From: an uncultured Methanomassiliicoccales archaeon
GTDB taxonomy: Archaea; Thermoplasmatota; Thermoplasmata; Methanomassiliicoccales; Methanomethylophilaceae
DNA: 24,199 nt
Direction: 5' to 3'
NCBI GenBank assembly: GCA_964504055.1
Contig: CAZDCU010000005.1
Coordinates: 7,802-32,000, forward strand
Translations under genes and position numbers: made by a program
Shown: positions 8,613-15,835 of the stretch, piece by piece
How the letters are laid out: every line of letters starts with the position of its first letter
Position numbering within the stretch: position 1 is the stretch's first letter
Notes under the pieces: model-generated
Databases searched by the model: none
Told to the model about the DNA's origin: nothing
What the model saw: only the letters and a program-made list of their open reading frames with translations

Positions 8613-9339
8613 TGAAATTCCCGAGTTTAAGAAACCGATTCTTATCGAAGGTTTACCGGGTGTCGGTAACGTAGGTAAGATTGCTGCGGATTTCATCGCG
8701 GAAAAACTGAATGCAGTGAGATTCGCTACCGTATACTCAGACAGTTTCCCTCCGCAGGTCACGTTGGATAACGAGTGCGTTATCGACATGGCATGCAACG
8801 AACTCTACTATGCGAAAGCGGGAGATAAGGACATCATTCTTCTTCTGGGAGAATATCAGGGAACGACTCCCGAAGGACAGTATCTGATCTGTGAGGATTT
8901 AATGAAAGAAGTCTTCATAAGATTCGATGTTTCGAGGATTATCACACTCGGGGGATACGGTACAGGTAAAATGGCCGACTCGCCGAGAGTTTTGGGCGCA
9001 GTGTCAGATGCCGAATTAAAAGAAGATCTGGAGAAACACGGCGTTGTATTCTCTCCGGGAGAACCCGCGGGAGGAATTGTGGGTGCATCCGCACTTCTTG
9101 TGGGTTTCGGTAAGATTTACGGTATTCCTTCACAGTGTCTTATGGGCGAAACATCGGGATATTTCGTCGATTACAAGAGCGGAATTGCATTGCTGAATGT
9201 CCTTGAATCGATACTCGGTATCGAGTTGGACAAATCCGAACTGAACGACAAATGTCAGCAGATCGACGAGCTTACTGCAAAAGTCAAAGAGATGGAAGCA
9301 GGCCAGCAGAAACACGCAGACCTGGGCTACATCGGATGA
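8575..9339 (+). CDS. PAC2-family proteasome assembly chaperone-like protein (COG1938 type)
   Basis: 254-aa ORF with PILIEGLPGVGNVGKIAADFI near the N-terminus, in the usual position after nop10 in archaeal clusters. Start 8575 or 8584; either overlaps the nop10 3' end. Confidence 0.75.
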   Translation: MGKMGNCTTIIYDEIPEFKKPILIEGLPGVGNVGKIAADFIAEKLNAVRFATVYSDSFPPQVTLDNECVIDMACNELYYAKAGDKDIILLLGEYQGTTPEGQYLICEDLMKEVFIRFDVSRIITLGGYGTGKMADSPRVLGAVSDAELKEDLEKHGVVFSPGEPAGGIVGASALLVGFGKIYGIPSQCLMGETSGYFVDYKSGIALLNVLESILGIELDKSELNDKCQQIDELTAKVKEMEAGQQKHADLGYIG

Positions 9340-9379
9340 GCCAGATTGCGGTTTTCCGTAATTCCGGCTTAACAGCAAG

Positions 9380-9389
9380 TTTAAATAAT
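9380..9389 (+). promoter_or_regulatory. candidate TATA box for tRNA-Tyr
   Basis: TTTAAATAAT ends 21 nt before tRNA position 1. Confidence 0.35.
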
Positions 9390-9410
9390 CTATCCTTATT
9401 GTCGGATTGT

Positions 9411-9521
9411 CCTCACTTAGCTTAGCCTGGCTAGAGCGGCTGACTGTAGAGAGTTCCCGGCAATGCCGGTACAGCCGCTGAAATCAGCAGATCCCCTGTT
9501 CAAATCAGGGAGTGGGGACCA
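9411..9521 (+). tRNA. tRNA-Tyr (anticodon GTA) with a ~33-nt intron and encoded CCA
   Basis: Hand-folded cloverleaf. Acceptor CCTCACT/AGTGGGG (C1-G72), D arm GCTT-AGCCTGGCTA-GAGC, anticodon stem GCTGA (9439-9443)/TCAGC (9484-9488), GTA at 9446-9448, variable AGATC, T arm CCCTG-TTCAAAT-CAGGG, A73, CCA 9519-9521. Forty nt separate the anticodon-stem strands, so an intron of about 9450-9482 (canonical 37/38 position) must be removed. The intron contains the hairpin CCGGC-AAT-GCCGG. Confidence 0.85.
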
Positions 9522-9613
9522 ATTATTATCACTGTTTCGGATGAGCGTGAGCTTTGTCGATAAATGCTACAAAATCCTGAATTTATTTATACGGCGCAAC
9601 GTGGTCTTCAATT

Positions 9614-9763
9614 ATGTCTAGATGTCCGTTCCCACGTGCATGTGATTGTCCGTTTGACGAAGGCTGTGCACATTGTCCATTAGATGGCCCATACTATGCC
9701 AGTAGGCCCGAAGATGTTCTCGGAGACTACGATCTCAGCGCATACAATGAAGATGAAATTTGA
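9614..9763 (+). CDS. hypothetical 49-aa Cys-rich, acidic-tailed peptide (below ORF-track cutoff)
   Basis: Own translation: MSRCPFPRACDCPFDEGCAHCPLDGPYYASRPEDVLGDYDLSAYNEDEI. ATTTATTTATA (9581-9591) ends 22 nt before the ATG, consistent with a leaderless archaeal mRNA. There is no homology evidence. Confidence 0.3.
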   Translation: MSRCPFPRACDCPFDEGCAHCPLDGPYYASRPEDVLGDYDLSAYNEDEI

Positions 9764-9841
9764 CTTTGCGTGCAACAGAGATTAAAATTGATACGTAACA
9801 CACCCCTATGGATTCCATTAGGAGCCTGTCAGTTTCCGCAT

Positions 9842-10255
9842 TCACGCCCTTAAACTTTTGAGAGACACGATATCTACGCCGATCATGCGTTTGAGTATGA
9901 CTTCACCGAGGAGGTTGAAGTTTTCCTCAGTCTCTTCCTTCTCCATCCAATCCATTGTGTATTCGCAAGCAAGTGTTGGACCAGCATTACCGAGATCTTC
10001 TCTAATCAGCCCGTCACAGTATTCACTGAAGGATTCATAGTATGCTTTCATACTGAATTCTCTCTGATGCTCCATTGCATATCTGCATGAGAATTTACAG
10101 AGGTCATCGTGATAGAAAACTGCGAAAAAACGGAGGAGATTATCCTCATCCATGTCCTCTATCGGTTGGAACGCTTTATTCAAAGCATAAATTTTCATTT
10201 TCAACTTTTCCAACTGATATTCACTCAAATCTTCCAACTTCATGTCCATTGACAC
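9842..10255 (-). CDS. hypothetical acidic 137-aa protein
   Basis: A clean ORF with no competing frame, Glu/Asp-rich (MSMDMKLEDLSEYQLEKLK...WMEKEETEENF), with no recognisable motif. Confidence 0.5.
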   Translation of the reverse strand: MSMDMKLEDLSEYQLEKLKMKIYALNKAFQPIEDMDEDNLLRFFAVFYHDDLCKFSCRYAMEHQREFSMKAYYESFSEYCDGLIREDLGNAGPTLACEYTMDWMEKEETEENFNLLGEVILKRMIGVDIVSLKSLRA

Positions 10256-10383
10256 CTTGTTGAATCTATGTTCGCAAGTCCTACATTAATTATCCCGGTG
10301 AAAGAGATATTGTCGACAAAATTTCAGCCATAATTGATTGACCTCACATACTCCTTAAGTGAATCAAAAACATCTCCACTTTC

Positions 10384-10467
10384 ATTTTAAATCTCATTTA
10401 AACATAATTTTCAAATTCGTTTAAATTTCATTTTAATATTTTAAATCTCAAATTAAATTTTAATATT
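10384..10467. repeat. AT-rich short direct repeats in a divergent intergenic spacer
   Basis: ATTTTAAATCTCA occurs exactly at 10384-10396 and 10438-10450. ATTTTAATATT occurs exactly at 10430-10440 and 10457-10467. There are also several TTTAAA cores. Confidence 0.6.
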
Positions 10468-10474
10468 CAGTTGA

Positions 10475-11494
10475 ATGTGTATTGTCGTGGAGAATATGAC
10501 TATGAAGTGCACTACGCCGGAAACAATCAGATTGCAGAGAGATACTGCCAACACTTCAACCGATCAGTTGATTGTGGAAAAAAGCGGAATGCAGAACATA
10601 AACATCGATACACTAAACAAATACAGAGATCTCTTCCGCTCCAATACACCCAATCACCCGTGGCTTAATGAATCGGATGAAGAATTACTCAAATTCCTCG
10701 GAGCCGCAGAAATCGAAAACGGAGAATTCAGATTGACAGTCGCGGGACTGTTAATGTTCGGTAACAGCTACGAAATAACGCACATTATTCCTAACTATCA
10801 CCTAGATTACAGAAGATATGAATGTAAAGATGAATGGACTGATAGATTGAATTCGGATACTGGCCTTTGGTCCGGAAACATCTTCGACTTCTTCATAGAC
10901 GTGTCCCGCAGAATAATAGATTCCGATGATCGCCCGTTTACACTTAATAATGATGTGATTAAAGCACAGAGAGAAATGATCCTCAACAGCTTAGTGCATG
11001 CTGATTATTTCAGAGGAGGAAACATTGTCGTCATATCTGAAAAAGACAGCCTGACCGTTCGTAATTCTGGTAACTTATGTATTTCTCCTGAGAAGTCCAT
11101 CGAAGGCGGATTCAGCAATCCACGCAACCCTGTACTGATGAAAATGTTTACTCTTGTGGGTTTTGCGAAACGTTCAGGCGACGGAATACGGAGCATATTC
11201 CGCACATGCAGAATGATGGGGCTCCCGCTTCCCGAAATAATCGAAGAATACAATCCGACTTGCGTCGTATTCAGAATGGGGTTGAAAGGTTCCGATGAAA
11301 TGGAACCGAGGATAATCCAATTGATGATTCAGAATGAAAAAATCGGCATAGATACAATAGCTGATTTTTTGGGTGTTTCTAAGAGTACAATTTCAAGAGA
11401 AATCACCAAAATGAAAAATGAAGGAAAAATCTCCAGAATAGGCGGATCTAAAGGTCGTTGGGTTGTTAATGAGCTAGAAAACGACGGTAATTGA
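10475..11494 (+). CDS. COG2865-type putative regulator: HATPase_c_4-like ATP-binding domain plus C-terminal wHTH, lacking the usual N-terminal AlbA_2 domain
   Basis: 339-aa ORF with LNESDEELLKFLGA...FRLTVAGLLMFGN, REMILNSLVHADY, GFSNPRNPVLMKMFTLVGFAKRSGDGIRSI and a C-terminal IADFLGVSKSTISREITKMKNEGKI. This matches the middle and C-terminal parts of AlbA_2/HATPase_c_4 proteins as I remember them. Confidence 0.65.
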   Translation: MCIVVENMTMKCTTPETIRLQRDTANTSTDQLIVEKSGMQNINIDTLNKYRDLFRSNTPNHPWLNESDEELLKFLGAAEIENGEFRLTVAGLLMFGNSYEITHIIPNYHLDYRRYECKDEWTDRLNSDTGLWSGNIFDFFIDVSRRIIDSDDRPFTLNNDVIKAQREMILNSLVHADYFRGGNIVVISEKDSLTVRNSGNLCISPEKSIEGGFSNPRNPVLMKMFTLVGFAKRSGDGIRSIFRTCRMMGLPLPEIIEEYNPTCVVFRMGLKGSDEMEPRIIQLMIQNEKIGIDTIADFLGVSKSTISREITKMKNEGKISRIGGSKGRWVVNELENDGN

Positions 11495-11500
11495 TGCCTT

Positions 11501-11567
11501 AATCGATTGCGATTGGAATGCTAATCGATTAGAATCGATTATAATTGATTAACATTCAAAATCGATT
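11501..11567. repeat. cluster of the 8-bp palindrome AATCGATT
   Basis: Perfect copies lie at 11501-11508, 11523-11530, 11533-11540 and 11560-11567. A degenerate AATTGATT lies at 11543-11550. The cluster sits in the 3' spacer between convergent genes. Confidence 0.8.
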
Positions 11568-11640
11568 TTCCTTTCAAGCGAAAATCAGTGCCTCACATTC
11601 AAAGACTTCTCAATTGCATCCCTACGTCTGCATATCGCAA

Positions 11641-12024
11641 TCAGAGCCTTGATTCAGCCTTCGACAGGAACTTCTCATTATCGACGATGAATCTCTCATG
11701 CTTTCCGGAACCGATTTCTCCAGCGGAATCTTTAACAATAACAGAAAAAACCAATCTTCTTCTGTCAATCTCAATCAACTCGGTCTCGCAGGTAACCTCG
11801 ATGCCGATCGGAGACGGGGCGGAGTGTGCTATGTCGAGATGCGTTCCGACTGTGCTCTTTCCCTCTTCGAGGAAAGGTGCAACACTCTGACTTGCCGTAG
11901 CTTCAATCAACGCAATCATCGCAGGCGTCGCATAAACGGGAAGCGTTCCGCTTCCGACTGCTTCGGCAGTGTTCTCTTTCACAACTTTTTCCGTCTTGGT
12001 TCCCTTAATCCCGACGTTCAACAT
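11641..12024 (-). CDS. hotdog-fold thioesterase (FlK/COG5496-like)
   Basis: 127-aa ORF with GSGTLPVYATPAMIALIEATA...GTHLDIAHSAPSPIG...RRRLVF, the layout of the small predicted-thioesterase family. Confidence 0.65.
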   Translation of the reverse strand: MLNVGIKGTKTEKVVKENTAEAVGSGTLPVYATPAMIALIEATASQSVAPFLEEGKSTVGTHLDIAHSAPSPIGIEVTCETELIEIDRRRLVFSVIVKDSAGEIGSGKHERFIVDNEKFLSKAESRL

Positions 12025-12070
12025 AATTTACACATACGAAATCGGGATTATAATGATAATTGACGAAAAA

Positions 12071-14824
12071 TCAACTAGAACCGTCACTTGATAACAAGTA
12101 ACCGTACAACTCTTCAGGAACTGATTTTCTCAATTTCAAAGGTATTCCAACAACTGTTTTTCCATCTAACGTTGTCTCTTCACAACGTTCAACAATTGGT
12201 TTTGCCTGCCCCATATAGTAGAAATCAATCCCTTCACTGTCACTTTTCTTAATGAATACAGGAATTATCAATCCATTCGACGATGATGCTAAGATTTCCC
12301 TTACATCTGCACTTGTCATATCGCGACCAGATTTAGACATCCAATCAAACACATCGCGATTTTCGAATCCTTCGACATATTTTGTAGTCGAACTAATATC
12401 ATCACCTTTGTGATATGTGACGAATATTGGGCAAGTGTTATCTCTCAACATATACCCATACATGGTGGAACTGCAATCCTTATCCCAATTCAAAATCCTG
12501 CAGACATCCTTACGTGAATATTTCTGATACAGTGTAAACCCGAGATCGTCCTTTTCTGCATAACGTGATGATGCTATTTCTTCACCACAATCTATTGCGT
12601 CTACTATCAGTCCCTTCATCTCCGGAACAGACAACATACTATCGAGAATCTTGCTTCTGCGAATGACGTTTCCATCCTTCACAATGAGAGCCCACGAAGG
12701 ATGCTGGCTCATTGTACTATTGGTATGATATTTACCGTCCAATACATTGATTGCCGACATCAAAGAATCTGTGTCGGGATCGTCGATAGAATCGATTGTT
12801 ACCTCAGACGAATCAACCATAGAACGAAGTACTTTCAGCTCTTGGATGCGCTTCCCATTCACAAAACTCGATATGAATGTCAAAGCATCGTCCTGTGCAT
12901 CAGACATTAAGAGATGTTCTTCTTTAGCCTTCATTCTAAAAGCGTTGAGATTATCCATTTTACTAACTAACACAGTAGGATCCAATGATCCTCCGTGGAG
13001 AAGATCACACAATGAAGGAGGGCGTCCAAGCCTCGATTTCATCAAAAGATACTCATTCTTCAGCATCTTCAACGTAGAAAGCTTGCTGCGATCTATGTTA
13101 GATAAAATCCTGTCTTCAACAATACGCTCAAAACCGACAGTAGAACAACCGGGAAGGAATCTACTCATCATGAATCTGCGCAGATTATCCTTATCGCAGG
13201 ATCTATCTCCTGAAAGGGCTGTCGGAATCATGAAATTGTTCTCATAATTTCCTATGAAATCCAAAACAATCAATGATTTATCAGGATCTTTTGTCCTACG
13301 CAATCCACGCCCAAGCTGTTGTATGAAGATTATTGCAGACTGTGTCGGACGTAGCATCAGAATCTGATTCACCAAAGGAATATCGACACCTTCGTTGAAG
13401 ACGTCACGTGTGAAGATGTAATCCAGGGAATTGTCATCATCTGATTGAAGGCATTGCATTGCTTTCTTTCTGTCTTCGATTGAATCTTTCGCACTTAACG
13501 CGACAGTCCTGTATCCGTACTCATTCATCATCTTCGAAAGTGCTTCACATTCCTCTATTGTACTGCAGAAAATCAATCCTCTGGCTCTGTCTCCGTACGG
13601 CCTGTAATACTCAGCTTTCTCAATGATATTCTTAATGCGTTCTTTACAGGTAAGCGCATTGAAAGTGGAATTGTCATCAATTAACTTTCCATCAACAGAT
13701 ATCTCTGATACTCCGTAGTAATGGAACGGACAGAGAATTCCCATCTCTAATGCCTTGTTAAGGCGAATTTCATATGCGACATTATAATCAAACATCTTGA
13801 AAACGTCTGCATCATCTGTCCTTTCAGGTGTTGCAGTCATTCCCAACATGAAACGTGGTCTGAAATACGAAATAATTTCAGAGTACATCGAAGCGGTGGA
13901 GTGATGTGCTTCGTCACACACGATATAATCGAAATGCTCTCTTGAGAATTTTTCTTTGTAATTTCTCATAGTCTGTATCGTTGCAAACAGACCATCGGAA
14001 TCCTCTTCCTTCCTGTTTCCTGTATAGAAACCAAGAGAATACTTGTCGCCCAAAACCTTGAAGTAGCTTTCTTTCGCATCCTTCAAGATATTTTCATTGT
14101 GAACCAAGAACAAGAAACGTTTCGGTGCAAATTCTTTCACATCAAACGCGGAAAGATATGTCTTACCTGTACCGGTCGCAGAAATCAAAATTGCACGTTG
14201 TTTCCCTTCTTCACGTAAATTACGCAACGAATCCAATGCTTCCATTTGCATCTGATTCGGCCTAGGAGCAGCATTCAACTGAACTACGGTCTGTTCCTTT
14301 GGAGGAATTATACGATGCACACGATAATTCTGTATCCATTCCTTCGTCAAAGGTACGGATAACTCCCACATTCTCTCAAATTCTGATTGAATCCTCTCTC
14401 TAAGAGGATCAACAACCGACGATAACTTAAGATTCCATTCCAAGTTCGTACACAATGCCTTATCAGTAAGATTGGAACTTCCAATGAACGCAGTCAAGGA
14501 ATCTTTCTCATAGAACATGTATCCCTTGGTGTGGAACATCTCTTCACATACTCTCACTTCGTGATCTGTATGTTCTAGCAACCAATCCAACGCATTCGGA
14601 TCGTTGAATCCTAAGTAATCTGTAGTGAGAATACGACCTTTGACACCACGTTCGTGAATGTCTCTGAAGGCCTGATATAATGTGCTCAGACCCCCCATAG
14701 TTATGAACGCGACTGAGAAATCGAATCTATCGCATGAACCCATATGCCTTATGAGCGAAGTATGTACTTTGACCCCTTTTGCATCGTCATTGTACAGAAG
14801 AATCGGTTCAGCATCGCCACTCAT
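12071..14824 (-). CDS. HKD (PLD-family) nuclease / SF2 DEAH helicase (ResIII + Helicase_C type) fusion with a long uncharacterised C-terminal region (DUF3427-type architecture)
   Basis: 917-aa ORF. A single HKD motif FHTKGYMF...FIGSSNLT (H98/K100, nt ~14533-14525). Walker A ISATGTGKT (nt ~14179-14159), VCDEAHH (nt ~13915-13904), MTATPER and QQLGRGLRR. About 350 aa follow the helicase core with no motif I can name. Confidence 0.85.
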   Translation of the reverse strand: MSGDAEPILLYNDDAKGVKVHTSLIRHMGSCDRFDFSVAFITMGGLSTLYQAFRDIHERGVKGRILTTDYLGFNDPNALDWLLEHTDHEVRVCEEMFHTKGYMFYEKDSLTAFIGSSNLTDKALCTNLEWNLKLSSVVDPLRERIQSEFERMWELSVPLTKEWIQNYRVHRIIPPKEQTVVQLNAAPRPNQMQMEALDSLRNLREEGKQRAILISATGTGKTYLSAFDVKEFAPKRFLFLVHNENILKDAKESYFKVLGDKYSLGFYTGNRKEEDSDGLFATIQTMRNYKEKFSREHFDYIVCDEAHHSTASMYSEIISYFRPRFMLGMTATPERTDDADVFKMFDYNVAYEIRLNKALEMGILCPFHYYGVSEISVDGKLIDDNSTFNALTCKERIKNIIEKAEYYRPYGDRARGLIFCSTIEECEALSKMMNEYGYRTVALSAKDSIEDRKKAMQCLQSDDDNSLDYIFTRDVFNEGVDIPLVNQILMLRPTQSAIIFIQQLGRGLRRTKDPDKSLIVLDFIGNYENNFMIPTALSGDRSCDKDNLRRFMMSRFLPGCSTVGFERIVEDRILSNIDRSKLSTLKMLKNEYLLMKSRLGRPPSLCDLLHGGSLDPTVLVSKMDNLNAFRMKAKEEHLLMSDAQDDALTFISSFVNGKRIQELKVLRSMVDSSEVTIDSIDDPDTDSLMSAINVLDGKYHTNSTMSQHPSWALIVKDGNVIRRSKILDSMLSVPEMKGLIVDAIDCGEEIASSRYAEKDDLGFTLYQKYSRKDVCRILNWDKDCSSTMYGYMLRDNTCPIFVTYHKGDDISSTTKYVEGFENRDVFDWMSKSGRDMTSADVREILASSSNGLIIPVFIKKSDSEGIDFYYMGQAKPIVERCEETTLDGKTVVGIPLKLRKSVPEELYGYLLSSDGSS

Positions 14825-14941
14825 GCAATCAGATCGATCTGGCTGTATTTCCGGTTTGCGATCCGTCAGGCGTTCTGCGGAATAACAATTGTTAATTATT
14901 AGACAATAATGTAAAATATTAAGGAATTAAATCAAGGTCAA

Positions 14942-15835
14942 ATGATATCGGGCGACGACAGAAGGATTGCAAAATATTTCGGCAGAAGAGAGTCCGCCGA
15001 CAGCGACATGATTGAGCTTCCTTCGTCGACTTTACACAACATTCTGAAAGGCACACTGATTTTCATCGCCGGAATCATGATTATTGTAGTCATTTGGCAG
15101 TGCTTCGCATGGTACTACAATGAAATGTATGACAGACTGCTGAAATTCCCGTATCCTCTGGAAACATTCGAGAGACTGTATCAGTACCTCTTCGAAGATA
15201 AGCTGATGTTCCGTACGACAATATACTCGCACATCGCCGCGAGTATGAAAAGATGGCTGACCGCATTCCTTCTCTCTACCCTGTGCGGTATCGCTCTGGG
15301 TATGTTCCTCGGATACTTCAAGAAAATATATCCCGTAGGAATCTCACCCGTGAATATCATTCAGATGATTCCGGGTATGGCGTGGCTCCCCGTTGTATTA
15401 CTTGTATTCGGAATCAGTGATGAGTCGGCAATTATGATCATCTTCCTGATTTCGTTTGTTATCATTACAATAAACGTCGCAGGAGGAATCAGAAAGATTC
15501 CCGATGTTTACATGAGAGCGGCGGATATGATGGGCGCAAACGCTGCAGTCAGAATTTTCAAGATTATGATACCCGCATCAACATTGGATATCGTAAACGG
15601 ACTGCGTCTCGGAATGGGAAGTGCGTGGAGAGTATTGATCTCGGCTGAAATGGTTATCGGAACTGGAATCGGATTGGGATTCGCCATTTCCGAACTCCGT
15701 GCACTGATAGATTACACCGGAGCGTTCGCATGTATCGCCGTAATCTGTGTCATCGGCCTGATTATTGACAAGTTAATCTTCGTAAACATCGAAAAGTACG
15801 TCCGCCACAAACTCGGCATGGACCAGGATGTGTGA
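14942..15835 (+). CDS. ABC transporter permease, NitT/TauT (SsuC/TauC-like) family
   Basis: 297-aa multi-TM ORF with ADMMGANAAVRIFKIMIPASTLDIVNGLRLGMGSAWRVLISAEM (the EAA-type loop region). An internal start at MIELPSS is possible. Confidence 0.85.
   Translation: MISGDDRRIAKYFGRRESADSDMIELPSSTLHNILKGTLIFIAGIMIIVVIWQCFAWYYNEMYDRLLKFPYPLETFERLYQYLFEDKLMFRTTIYSHIAASMKRWLTAFLLSTLCGIALGMFLGYFKKIYPVGISPVNIIQMIPGMAWLPVVLLVFGISDESAIMIIFLISFVIITINVAGGIRKIPDVYMRAADMMGANAAVRIFKIMIPASTLDIVNGLRLGMGSAWRVLISAEMVIGTGIGLGFAISELRALIDYTGAFACIAVICVIGLIIDKLIFVNIEKYVRHKLGMDQDV

Noticed and set aside
9820-9832. 13-nt identity AGGAGCCTGTCAG shared between 9820-9832 and 22241-22253
   Set aside because: A rough expectation for exact 13-mers shared within a 24-kb window is a few by chance. 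The flanks do not align.
10330-10339. ATAATTGATT repeated at 10330-10339 and 11541-11550 as candidate terminal repeats of block A
   Set aside because: A 10-mer in AT-rich DNA, with flanks that diverge quickly. The second copy is better explained as a degenerate member of the AATCGATT array.
11578-11604. Possible degenerate attR: GCGAAAATCAGTGCCTCACATTCAAAG weakly resembles the tRNA-Tyr segment GCTGAAATCAGCAGATCCCCTGTTCAAAT
   Set aside because: The match is roughly 60 percent identity with gaps and has no contiguous run longer than 8 nt. That is insufficient to call an integration-site repeat without a statistical alignment.
12747-13247. Sizeable antisense or alternative-frame ORFs inside well-supported genes (e.g. 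12747-13247 +, 3830-4216 -, 6313-6615 -, 16760-17263 -, 16780-17319 +, 22644-23051 -, 23085-23516 -)
   Set aside because: Each lies wholly within a gene that has clear family motifs on the other strand or frame. Each also shows biased Ser/Arg/Leu-rich composition with no motif of its own.
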